17,135 nucleotides of DNA. It comes from Octopus sinensis. Its lineage: Eukaryota. Of this stretch, positions 1-9,964 are shown one piece after another. The position numbers and the translations under genes are program-made. Each line of letters starts with the position of its first letter. Position 1 is the first letter of the stretch. The DNA lies in contig NW_021824876.1 of NCBI RefSeq assembly GCF_006345805.1, forward strand, positions 1 to 17,135, written 5' to 3'. The notes below the pieces were generated by a model. That model had not been told where the DNA came from. It searched no databases and saw nothing but the letters and a program-made list of their open reading frames with translations.

Positions 1-419
1 GACAGAGAGACAGACAGACACGTATTATGCATACTGTACGCGTTAGTGGTATATGTTTAAATGGAAAAATATTTTCGCAAAATTCAAAACTGAATACTGG
101 AAGAAAAGTCTTTTTACAGAGACTAAATTGAGCAAATATATCACTTGAACTCATATAATAGATTCTTGCGTCACATAAACTCAGAAACGAGGTTGCGGAA
201 CTTGAATACTGTAAAGCATTTTGAGCTAAGGATAGAACTTTTCGACAGTCGTCTAATCTGCTAAACATAACACCAAATCTTTATTAATCTCCACATTTCT
301 GCCTGAAATATAGAGTTTATTTGTCCTTATGTTGTTCTTGTTTTACAAAAATGACAAGATTGCCAGGGAGCAATTTTCAGTGTGGAATTGTTTACGCAAG
401 GCTGACTTCGAGGAAGTTA

Positions 420-515
420 ATAACAATAATTCTTTGTATTATAGGCAAAATGTTTGAAAGTATTTGTGGAAGGGGCCAGTCGATTACGTCGATCCCCCAG
501 CGCTCAATTGTTCCA
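420..515 (-). mobile_element. SINE family S3, degenerate 3' part
   Basis: Minus strand reads ...GGGGGATCGACGTAATCGACTGGCCCCTTCCACAAATAC...GCCTATAATACAAAGAATTATT, which resembles the 3' halves of the S3 copies at 2422-2883. Confidence 0.55.
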
Positions 516-603
516 CAACCAGTTTGTCGTATATCTAAAACTCCGTTGTTCTAATTTCTGGTCGAGAATTGACTTGTCTGCCATATCCAGGGCGCCTGGA
601 GCT

Positions 604-672
604 TGTTTGCTTACGTAAACTCTTTTCTTCAGACAATTCCAAAGGAAAAAACATCAAGAATCGTTAAGCTGG
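604..672 (-). mobile_element. Tc1/mariner-type transposase relic (about 22 codons, frameshifted)
   Basis: With a 2-nt shift, the minus strand translates as LTILD/FFLWNCLKKRVYVSK. This matches the PDLxPLDFFLWGxLKxxVY motif around the last catalytic Asp of Tc1/mariner (rosa/maT-like) transposases. Flanking homology is not evident. Confidence 0.35.
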
Positions 673-739
673 AAATGGAAATAACTTGACGCCAACTTAT
701 GTAAATAATGTAAAATATTTTCGTATGGAACTCTTTCAT

Positions 740-1040
740 TTCACTTGTCTTATATTTCTTTTAGCTTTTACTGCTTTCAGGCATAGGGTAGGAACCATAC
801 TGGAGCACCGCTTTTGAAGCATTTGGCCGAACGAATTCACACCAGTACGCTTGATTTTCTTTTTAAAGTTGGTATTTATTCTATCAGTTACTTTTTTCCG
901 AGCCCCTAAATTACGGGGACATAAACAACAGACACCGGTTGCGAAGCGATGGGTGATGAGGGAACAGACACAAACACAAAGACACACACACAACACACAC
1001 ACATATACAAGCCCACATACACACACACACACAAACACTC
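740..1040 (-). mobile_element. SINE family S1, 3' half plus its internal (CA)n tract; head missing
   Basis: Plus strand has TTTCAG...CCATACTGGAGCACCGC...TATTCTATC...TACGGGGACATAAAC...AAACACAAAGACACACAC, collinear with 13425-13640 and 13873-14050. Confidence 0.8.
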
Positions 1041-1049
1041 ATATATATA

Positions 1050-1354
1050 GTGGAGGCACATGGCCTAGTGGTTAGAGCAGTGGGCTCGCGGTCGAGGGAT
1101 CGCGGGTTCGAATCTCAGACCGGGCGATGTGTATGTTTATGAGCGAAACACCTAAGCTCCACGCGGCTCCGGCAAAAAGTAAAGGCGAACTTCGGCTGAC
1201 TCTTTGGCCATTACTTTCTCTCACTCTTTTCCCCTGCATCTAGCAGCTGACCTGAGACGGACTCGCATCCCATCTAGATGGGGAACCTATACGCCAATGA
1301 CACCTGAAAACCGGCCCTTATGAGCCAGGCATAGCTTGACAAGGAACAAACGGC

Positions 1355-1366
<12 letters not shown>
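1050..1366 (+). mobile_element. tRNA-derived SINE family S2b (OR1/OR2-like head), (AAC)n tail
   Basis: A-box-like TGGCCTAGTGG and B-box-like GGTTCGAATCT. The first ~185 bp are collinear with 14289-14476 and 10744 onward, then a different 3' body ends in CAACAACAAC. Confidence 0.85.
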
Positions 1367-1405
<39 letters not shown>

Positions 1406-1460
1406 ATGCGTGTGTGTGTGTGTGTTTATGTGTGTGTATGTGTGTGTGTGTGTGTGTGTG
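1367..1460. repeat. (TA)n/(TG)n microsatellite
   Basis: Direct reading of the sequence. Confidence 0.95.
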
Positions 1461-2421
1461 GGCTCGCGGTTGTAGGATTAAACAGCGTCACAATGCTAAT
1501 GATTTCGTTTCTTTAATTCCAAGACAATTTTTGTTAGTGTTTAACACCAGGCCAAGCTTGATCCAGTAGACCTGTGGAGAAGTTAATCTACAACAATCAA
1601 CCCATCTACATGAGGTTACAAAGAAGCTCATTACCCACCATATTTTCCGGCATGCTAGTCAATTTTCAGACCGAAATATACAGGTGGAAAAGTTAGGTCG
1701 ACTTATAAACTGAAATGTATTTGAAGAATAAAAAATTCCATGTGGAATAGATTTGGAATAGATGATCGAATGTTTACGCTACATGTGTGATTTAAATGTT
1801 TACACTAAATATTTGCATTATGTATTACATAGAGTTGTATGCCGGAAAATACGGTAATGCATATTTGCCTTATTGGAGACAATACAGTGTGATTTGAGGA
1901 AGACTTGGTTGTCAGTTCTAGCGAATCGATCACCAGTATAGGAACGTCCTCTGATGATGACGTCAAACTTATTTACCAGTTCCAAAATGTCGAAGTCAAT
2001 AATTAAGGGAACCAAAAAACTTGATAATTAAACATTATCTAAAGCTTTTTGAAGATTGAAAAAAAATTACATTAATGTAATTATATCCCCAGCTCAGAAT
2101 ATGATTTCACTTGATTCTTTCATAATATTAGATTAAATTTCCCGTTCATTTTACTTATTCTCTGCTATTCTCTGGCTCTTAGAAAATACATTATCGTCAC
2201 AACGTTTCACTTTATTCCGTCGTCGCTACCCCAGTCCTACAACCTCTAAAAATACAGGAAACATTGTTCCTATTCAATAGAAATCAATATTAAAATTGCT
2301 CTCTTTGATATTGAATACGTTAACAAAAGCTCGAGTTTAATAAGTAATTTTAACCTAATTATCAGTAGCTGAAAGAAAGTGTCTCTCTTAGATGTTTTAG
2401 CTGGCATTATTGAGAGAACAG

Positions 2422-2883
2422 AAGGCGGCGAGCTGGCAAAATCGTTAAAATGCCGGACAAAATTGTTGGCACTGGAGCCGATGCAATCATCAAACCCTCG
2501 TCTCTCAAAATACCAACCCTCGTCCGTAATAACAGAAAGGATTGTTAGAAGAGAAGGTGGCGAACCAGTAGAATCGGTGAAGCGTCGGGCAAAACACTTT
2601 GCGACATTTCTTCCGGCACTTTATATTCTGAGTTCAAATTGACCTTGCTTTTTATCCTTTGGGGATCGATAAAATAACAATCGAAACGATGTGCTCGACT
2701 AGCCCCCCTCTAACATAAATTTCCGGCCTTTTTCTTATATACTATGATTTCAAGTCCCACCGAGTTTAAATTTGCTTTTCATTTCTTGATGAAATACCGT
2801 ACCAGTAGAATACTGAGAGTGGGGGGCTTTGAATCTCTTTCCCCCCTGGAAATTGTTGGTCTTATTCCTAAAGCGGAAGTCAT
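2422..2883 (+). mobile_element. Three head-to-tail degenerate SINE family S3 copies (~2422-2546, ~2554-2742, ~2744-2883)
   Basis: Repeated head AAGGCGGCGAGCTGGCAAAATCGTT / AAGGTGGCGAACCAGTAGAATCGGT. B-box GAGTTCAAATT in copy 2 and central TTATCCTTTGGGGATCGATAAAATAA. Tails end in GAAAGGATT or GGAAGTCATT. Confidence 0.7.
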
Positions 2884-3325
2884 TCTGAGAGTAGAATACA
2901 GTACCATCCTTGTAATTAAGACCTGATGTTATATCATTAAAATAAAACAAAATGCTAATGCAATTAATCCAGCGATGATTGGAAACACTTTAATTAATCA
3001 AGACTCTTTCTGCTCTGACGAGGGATTTGTTCAATTCCTAAATCTACATAAACAGAAAAAAAGAATACCTACAGCTCTAAATGGAAATAATCGAAATAGT
3101 TGACTACACAGAAATCTCTGTCACTGAATTAAGCATTCTACTATTGATTGGTGTTGATATGCATTCGATTTGCTCCATGGAATTAAGCTCGAAATTATTA
3201 TTCTTTAGCAAATCTATTCAGTTATTTTGAAGAAGGCAATTAATACGAAGGTATCTGCTCGAATACTAAGAAGTAATTTATAGATTTGGAATTAATTTGA
3301 TATCATGTTATTTTTTTATGCATAT

Positions 3326-3478
3326 AGACGCTGGCTTGGGTGTATGGTTAAGAGGTTTTGCTTAGCAACCACGTAGTTTCGGGTTTAGTTCCACTCTGCG
3401 GTAATTTGAACAAATGCCTTCTGCTATACACACGGTCAGACAAATGCTTTGCGAGTAAAGTTGGTGGACGAGAATATT
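3326..3478 (+). mobile_element. SINE family S1, 5' half (diverged), followed by (AT)n
   Basis: TGTATGGTTAAGAGG...CAACCACGTAGTTTCGGGTTTAGTTCCACT...CTTCTGCTATA is similar to the reverse complement of 13645-13808. Confidence 0.7.
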
Positions 3479-3480
3479 AC

Positions 3481-3512
<32 letters not shown>

Positions 3513-3528
3513 TATTGGATTTCTAAAT

Positions 3529-5160
3529 GTCTCAGAGAGACATAAGCGGTAGTGGAGCGATATAGTGGTCGTATACTGTCAACTCAATGTGACAGTCCCG
3601 TAAGGGAATTACACCACCGCCATTTAGCCCTAGGAAACATCGATGTTTCCTGTCAGCTTTGAACATTTTCTGTGTCCTTATATTTGCAAAGGGGAGGCAA
3701 TCACCCAGCCAGCTGGGACTAAGCACCTGAAGACAAATGTTTTTGAGTCTATTGCTCGTCGTCAGTTCAGGATAGCTAGTCCAGCTCGCTGAGATGACTG
3801 CAACCTCTTCGCTACTTACCAAGTCAAAGGCCTTTGTCAGATCAATGAAGGCCATATATAATGGCATTTTCTGCTCTCTGGATTTCTCCTGAAGTTGGCG
3901 TATGGAGAATATCTTCTAAAGCCACACTGCGATTCTGGATAAATTCGAGAAGCAAGCAGTTGTAGCCTGGACAGGATAACGTGAGCACAGGCCTTTCCAA
4001 CAGTGCTTAGAAGAGATATTCCACGGTAATTGTTACAATCACCACGTTCACCTTTGTTTTTGTAAAGCGTAATGATGTTAGCATCCCGCATATCATGAGG
4101 CACTGTAACTGACACGGAAGCTCATGAAGGTGCCGAAGCGGGATAGTGTTTTCGCCGGTTTTGATGATATCTAACGGCATGACGTCTTTTCCCGGAGCCT
4201 TGTTACTTGCTAGGGAGTCAATAGCCTTGGTGAGCTCTGCTATAGATGGCAGACTGTCAAGTTCACACATGGCTGGCAAGATCTTGACACCCTCGAGTGC
4301 AGCCTCAGCTACCGTCGTCTCCCGTGAGTAGAGATCCTGGTAGTACTCCACCCATCTATCCATTTGCTTGCTTTGGTCCTTGCTGAGATCTCCAGTAGTT
4401 GATTTCAGAGGGGCTGACTTAGTTGCGGATGGATCGAGGACCTTCTTCAAACCGGCATACATCCCATGGGTGTCGCCACTGTCAGCAGCTGACTGGATAC
4501 TCTGACAGATTTCCTGCCAATACCTATTTGCACAGCGTCTGGCAGTCAGTTGGATTTTATTTCTTGCCTTTCTGAGTTCTTCGAGTGACTTTGTAGAAGA
4601 ATCACTATTGTATTGCATCAGAGCTGTACGCTTTTCTTCGATAACTGTTTCCAGCTCTGAGAGCCCAGCACTGAACCAATCTGGGTTTTGCCTTTCTCTC
4701 ATGCCGAAAGTATCTATTGATATGGTATACAATGCTTCCCTGATATAATTCCACCTACTTTCAGCAGAGGAGGTTGGGCAGCTACTGAGGGAAACCTTGA
4801 TAGAAAAAGCAAAACATTTTCGCACTGTAGGGTCCGAGGTTCTGGCAGTGTTAATGCGTGGTCGGCCCATTTTCTTGGAGTGATGGACTTTCTTTGGCAG
4901 AATCCTCGCTCAGCTTCGTTTTAGTGAATGATGTATGTCACAATCCGCACTGTGGTAACTACGGGTCAGTTGAACAGAATTCAAAAAGGATCTTCGGGTA
5001 ATGATGAATCCAGATGATGCCAGTGAGATCTTGGATGTCTCCAAGATGCCTTGTGGGATGTCTTGTTGGCAAAGAATGTGCTGGTGATGCACGGGTTATG
5101 GTATGTGCAAAATTCAAGTAGCCTCTGACCAATGTCATTCATGTTGCCAATATCAAAACA
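3529..5160 (-). mobile_element. RTE-clade LINE, 5'-truncated, internally deleted and frameshifted ORF (APE C-terminus, linker, N-terminal RT, C-terminal tip)
   Basis: Successive frames give GQRLLEFC..ITSTFF..SWRHPRSHWH and RSYHSADCD.HSL (APE endonuclease), then LASNKAPGKD, RDANIITLYKNKGERGDCNNYRGISLLS..YPESQCGFR and YMAFIDLTKAFDLVS (RT). These are followed by YPELTTSNR..YKD..GNIDVS..RDCH (decayed RTE C-terminus) and a GTCTC-TCT-GAGAC 3' hairpin. Confidence 0.95.
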
Positions 5161-5269
5161 CATACACTTACATATATACATACATATATACGATTGATTT
5201 GTTTCAGTTCCTGTCTACGAAATCCATATGTATATATATATATATAATATATTATATATATATTATATA

Positions 5270-5337
<68 letters not shown>

Positions 5338-5356
5338 TAATACACACACACACACC
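5160..5356. repeat. (TA)n-dominated compound microsatellite with a short S1 fragment (~5190-5227)
   Basis: Direct reading of the sequence. Confidence 0.9.
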
Positions 5357-5421
5357 CACAAAGATAAATTGAAAGATACAAATGAGTGGGCAAACAAAAA
5401 TATGAGAAACTGCGTAGTGCT

Positions 5422-5734
5422 TTTTTTAATATTTTGATAAGCCTGGTACTTATTCTATCAGTTTCTTCTTGTGAAACCAGTAAGTTATGGGATGTAAATA
5501 AACGAACACCAGTTGTGAAGCGGTGATGAGCGAGAAACACAAAGACACACACATAGACTTACATATACATACAATTGATTTATTTCAGTTTCTGTCTACA
5601 AAATCCACTGACAAGGCCTTGGTTGGTCTGGGGCTTTAGCAGAAGACACATGCCAAGTTACCACACAGTGGGACTGAACTGAGGACCATGTGTTTTGGAA
5701 CCAAGTTTGTTACCACACAGCCAAACCTGCACCT
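5422..5734 (-). mobile_element. SINE family S1, near full length, diverged
   Basis: Collinear with 13425-13808: tail part AAGCCTGGTACTTATTCTATC, internal (CA)/(TA) tract, head part ending ACCACACAGCCAAACCTGCACCT. Confidence 0.85.
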
Positions 5735-5972
5735 ATGTATGTGTGTTTGGGTGGGTGGAGGTGTGTGTATGGATGTATATATGTATGCATGTATATATGT
5801 GTATATATATGTGTATATATTACATGTACATCTATATATATATACATCTAGACATACATGTATACATATACATGTATATCTATAGAAATACATCTATACA
5901 TATACATGTATACATATACATGTATATATATATACATCCATATATATACATGTAAATATATTTATTTATGTA

Positions 5973-6018
<46 letters not shown>

Positions 6019-6050
6019 CATCCATATATATACAATAGAGAGATAGAGAG
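5735..6050. repeat. Alternating purine-pyrimidine tract (TG/TA/TACATG units)
   Basis: Direct reading of the sequence. Confidence 0.9.
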
Positions 6051-7082
6051 ATGTTTTTATTTCACTTTTAACACGTAATACTGAAATAGTGGAGAAGATA
6101 TGATATTGCTCTGGGCCCGCCCTAAGTAAGGCATGTGTTATATTTGAATGAAATTGGTTGTGTAGTTCTCAAGTTTTAGGGAAACACACAGACAGACAGA
6201 CACACACACACATTCTCAGTTTTATATATAAAGATATATATATATATATATATTTGGCCTGCTAGAAATAACAGTTAAATCTTGCTCAAGACTGCGTGTT
6301 TATTACTGAATAATGGCCTTCCTGAGATACAACAAAACAACAAACAAACGACATTTGCTTAATGGAAATACGATGTGAGGAATCCGTGTCCATAATATTT
6401 GACAGGTATGTGCTTATTGGTCTCAAACGTGAGAGGACGCCGGCGCTTCTAAGACTAAGTCCAGCTGCAAAGTTTTCTACAGAGATAATTTGCTTATTCT
6501 ATTTAGTAGCTCCAGCGACCATATAGACATTCCTGCCATTTCTCAAGTCTTTGCAACCTTCACACATATCGTGAAAGTGTACCAAGAGATTTACTCAATA
6601 CACTCAATGATGTCTTTCAGATTATATTTACATTTAAAATTTAGAATTGCACACATCATAAAGCATGGTGACATTTGCTTCATCTCTCAAGGATGAAAAA
6701 ATTCTTATTCTGTTGTAATTTATAATTGACAATGATATATGTCCAATACTCACATCAACAATTTAGAAGTTACTTAACTTATCGAAGTGATAAAACGTTC
6801 ACTTAAATGCAATGTGGCATTCCAAAGTCTTTAACTCTCCAAAGATGAAGATGACATTGAGGAAATGCCATAGATCTTACTGCTAAGAAATCTAATATTA
6901 TTACATTTGTCTTTACGTTCAGTTCTAAACGTACAAAGCGTAATTAGTTTCTATAAAGATTGCTGAATAGTTAAAGGCTGAGAGGATTCCTGTATCCTCC
7001 AATAAGTAATAGGATTTTAAAAAACCACCGTGACAACGTGGTAGAAAGAAACAAAGTTTCAATGTTATTAATATTAAATATT

Positions 7083-7295
7083 GAAGGCGTTGAGTTGACA
7101 GAATCGTTAGCATTTCGGTTGTGTTTTTGTTGAGATTAAATTTCGCCGTGGTCGACCCGCGCCCCCGATATTGCTGGACTTGTGCAAGGAATTTGAAATC
7201 AATTTTCATTAAAATTTTGGCACCAGACCAAAGTTTAGGGGAAGCGTTTAGTCGATGTACTTTAATTGATCAATCCCGAAAAGATAAAGGAAGAA
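7083..7295. mobile_element. Two degenerate S3 SINE fragments in opposite orientation (head on + at ~7083-7160; tail on - at ~7220-7295)
   Basis: AAGGCGTTGAGTTGACAGAATCGTTAGCA...AAATTTCGCCGTGGTCGAC resembles the S3 head. TTTAGGGGAAGCGTTTAGTCGAT..GTACTT..ATCAATCCCGAAAAGATAAAGG resembles the reversed S3 core and tail. Confidence 0.55.
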
Positions 7296-7390
7296 ACAAT
7301 GTTGATGTCGATGGGATTAAAAAAGCACTGGATCGACTCTCTGTAAGGTTATTTTTACCCAAGGCTTTGACAATTTTGCCAATCAATTAC

Positions 7391-7789
7391 CTTCATGAAT
7401 ATTAAATACTAAATGTGAGGCATTTAGACTTGAACATCTTGATTTGAAATTAAATATGCGTTGGTGGTTCTTTCTTGAACGATGCGATGTCGTAAATACT
7501 GGGGAGCTCAAAAGTGTGCATCCACTTTGCGGCACGTTTTCAACTTCCAGTTGGAATGAATTCGCTTCTTTCACGTCTGACATAACTACTGACACCTTAT
7601 AAAACTGAGCGTAAGACCCCCAGTTATGTACACTTTCCCGTATTTGGCACGGTCCTGTTACTGTACAATTAAACATCCTAAACAAGGTCCAATACGAAGC
7701 CGCACAGATGTGCTGTCGTCTGACGATGGATGATTTGTCTGAACCAGCACGTTCCGCACCGCATCGTCGCAGACACACTTGACACATAT
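7391..7789 (-). CDS. Candidate coding exon, 133 codons, phase 1-1, unknown Cys-rich product
   Basis: Acceptor TGTGTTTACAG|AT at 7790/7789 and donor GAAG|GTAATT at 7391/7390. The 399 nt are stop-free, and the frame closes shortly outside both sites. The sequence is unique (non-repeat) and less AT-rich than its flanks. No homology recognised. Confidence 0.4.
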
Positions 7790-7824
7790 CTGTAAACACA
7801 CGGTGATGTTGACGTTGCTGCTAC

Positions 7825-7887
7825 TGTTGTTGTTGTGGTTGTTGTTGTTGTTGTTGTCGTCGTCGTCGTCGTCATCGTTGTCGTTGT
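7825..7887. repeat. (GTT)n(GTC)n compound trinucleotide repeat
   Basis: Direct reading of the sequence. Confidence 0.95.
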
Positions 7888-8114
7888 AACGTGATACCGT
7901 GAACCACAGTTTTTGACCAGATTCTATACATTTCATCTGATCCAAAAAATCGTTCTTAAAATATTTTTGCTTCAACAAATTTCTTCTGGTATAATGTATT
8001 TGATAACATTTCAAAGACAGTTCTACGAGGCTGATTTTCAAAAAGTATAAACAATTTCCCGTAAACTTCAAAGAAAAAAATCTAATATTCTCATCACTAT
8101 TGCGAACAACGTAC

Positions 8115-8166
8115 CTCGTTACACAGAGATTCCAGTGAAGTCTTTGCTCATCTAACATTCACGCAG
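8115..8166 (-). other. Possible short non-coding (5' UTR) exon
   Basis: Pyrimidine tract CTTTCGTTCTTTCTCTGTTTGATATAAG| and donor ACGAG|GTACGT. All three frames contain stops. Confidence 0.2.
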
Positions 8167-8341
8167 CTTATATCAAACAGAGAAAGAACGAAAGTTATTT
8201 AACGGCATTTAATCCTCTACGGTTTACTGAGCACAAAAAATATTTGTTCGGAAATCATTGGATAAAAGTCTTTTAAATCTGTTCAACGTTATTGTATCTT
8301 ATTATTTAAGATTTTAAGCAGCAACTATGACTTCGTAGTTC

Positions 8342-8830
8342 TGTGTGTGTGTATGTGTGTGTGTTGAAGTGCGTGCATATGTGTGTTCGTGTTTTTATCA
8401 TATATGTGCGCGCGTATATATATATATATATATAATATATATATATATATATTATATATATATATATATATTATATATATATATATATATGTATAGATGC
8501 ATGCGTGCTTGCATGCATGCATGTTTGTATACATTTAAATTCTAGTTCACGAATCTGCTGCCTTTTCACTTTGCTTTGTAAATCCAAACCAATGATTATA
8601 CATTTATACATATGCGCGTGATCTTGTGTATGTGTGCACATGCACACACATACACATGCACAGATAGACATATACAGATATACTCATATATATATATATA
8701 TATATATGTGTGTGTATGTGTGTGTGTGTGTGATTCTGTATGTATATATGTGTGTTGAGTGAATGTGTGTGTGTGTGTGTGTGTGTATAAATATGCTTGT
8801 ATATATATTTATATACATATATATATAAGT
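8342..8830. repeat. Compound (TG)n/(TA)n/(CA)n microsatellite field with a short unique spacer
   Basis: Direct reading of the sequence. Confidence 0.9.
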
Positions 8831-8832
8831 AT

Positions 8833-9566
8833 ATAACTTTGATAACTTTGACGGGTTTCGGCTAGTAAAGGCCCAGGCCATGTCTAACTTAATATCACCA
8901 CCTGGTGAAGCCTTCTAGTCATATATGGGGCACCATGGCCCACTTTAGCAAAGAGTTATTATTGTTGGAGACATATCCGGGTTTATGAGGTTGGTCCGGG
9001 ATATTTTGAAGAAATTTGTCCAGTGAATATTTGAATTTTATGGGATCCGTTTCCATTTTGACGTATTTTGGTATGGTATTAAAGAGAGCTGGACCGGTTG
9101 AGGTAAAGTAATTGTGACATAATGCTGCTATGTGTACCGAGTTCGATTCTTGTATGGGCGGATAGCACGTGGGCTAAGTCTTGCATGGATTTTAAAATTG
9201 ATGTCAACATCATTTGTGCAATATTGATGGAATATTTTTCACATCACACAAATGATATGGTGCTCCCAGCGGTGTTGGAGAGAGTAGAGGTTGAGTTTTC
9301 TTAGTCGACCCCAATAGTCAATGCCTCTCATGCCGTCTATCTTTCTTGTTATTAACCTCTGGAATGTTTCTACTTTCATAATGAGTTGCTTCGTATGGGG
9401 GGCACCACAGTGGGTAACAGTATTCAAGGTGGGGTCGGGTAAAAGTAGAGTAGAGAAGGATGGTGGTGTAGGCATCTCTAGACCGGAAAGTTCTCAGAAT
9501 TCAGGAGCACATCTTGTGGGCCAAGTCAACCTTGCTGTTTACGTGGGAACTCCAGCTTAGATTGTT
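8833..9566 (-). mobile_element. CR1/L2-group LINE, 5'-truncated 3' end (post-RT C-terminal region plus 3' UTR)
   Basis: Translates NLSWSSHV..AHKMCS*ILRTFRSRD..RPHLEYCYPLWCP/HTK..VETFQRLITRKIDGMRGIDYWGRLRKLNLYSLQHR, then TGPALFNTIP and KFKYSLDKFLQNIPDQPHKPGYVS..NSLL. The short 3' UTR ends in (CAAAGTTAT)x2. Confidence 0.9.
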
Positions 9567-9715
9567 TTTCAATGAAATCTTTGCTCATCTAACATTCATG
9601 CTTTTGTCAAACACCAAGAGACACAAACATACACACACACACATATATATAGAGAGAGAGAATGGTTGTATACATGTCTCTACGAGAGATTTAGAAATTT
9701 AGTATTTCTGATATA

Positions 9716-9753
<38 letters not shown>

Positions 9754-9758
9754 CATAT

Positions 9759-9925
9759 AGACGAAGGGCTTCTTTCAGTTTTCGTCGACCAAATCTACTC
9801 ACAAGGTTTTGATCGGCCCGAGGCTATAGTAGTAGATACTTACCCAAGGTACCACGCAACGAGAGTGAACCCGGAACCATGCGGTTTGGAAGCAAGATTC
9901 TTACCACACAGCCACCCTCGTACCT
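9759..9925 (-). mobile_element. SINE family S1, 5' half
   Basis: Collinear with 13645-13808 (GCTTCTTTCAGTT..CCAAATC.ACTCACAAGG...TTACCACACAGCCAC). Bounded on the left by (AT)n. Confidence 0.85.
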
Positions 9926-9964
9926 AGATAGATAGATAGACAGACAGACAGATAGATAGATGAA

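Noticed and set aside
395-640. TIR/SEFIR-like peptide fragments on the minus strand (RVYVS..KLEQRSFR; GIDVIDW)
   Set aside because: They lie in different frames with stops, and overlap an S3 SINE tail and a transposase-like relic.
2379-2950. ORFs 2379-2642 (+), 2744-2926 (+) and 2750-2950 (-) with an apparent internal peptide repeat
   Set aside because: Explained by three tandem S3 SINE copies.
7341-7390. A 50-nt GT..AG intron that would extend the candidate exon with a hydrophobic, GPI-like tail
   Set aside because: Unusually short, and the extension runs into repeat-derived sequence and ends in charged residues.
6925-7405. ORFs 7121-7405 (+) and 6925-7209 (-), plus an RGRP AT-hook-like peptide
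   Set aside because: They overlap degenerate S3 fragments and have no recognisable domain.
7391-7789. Short resemblances to the IL-17 receptor ectodomain (NCTV; NHQ..F...C)
   Set aside because: Spacing between the motifs is incompatible and the matches are only 3-4 residues, so no name was assigned.
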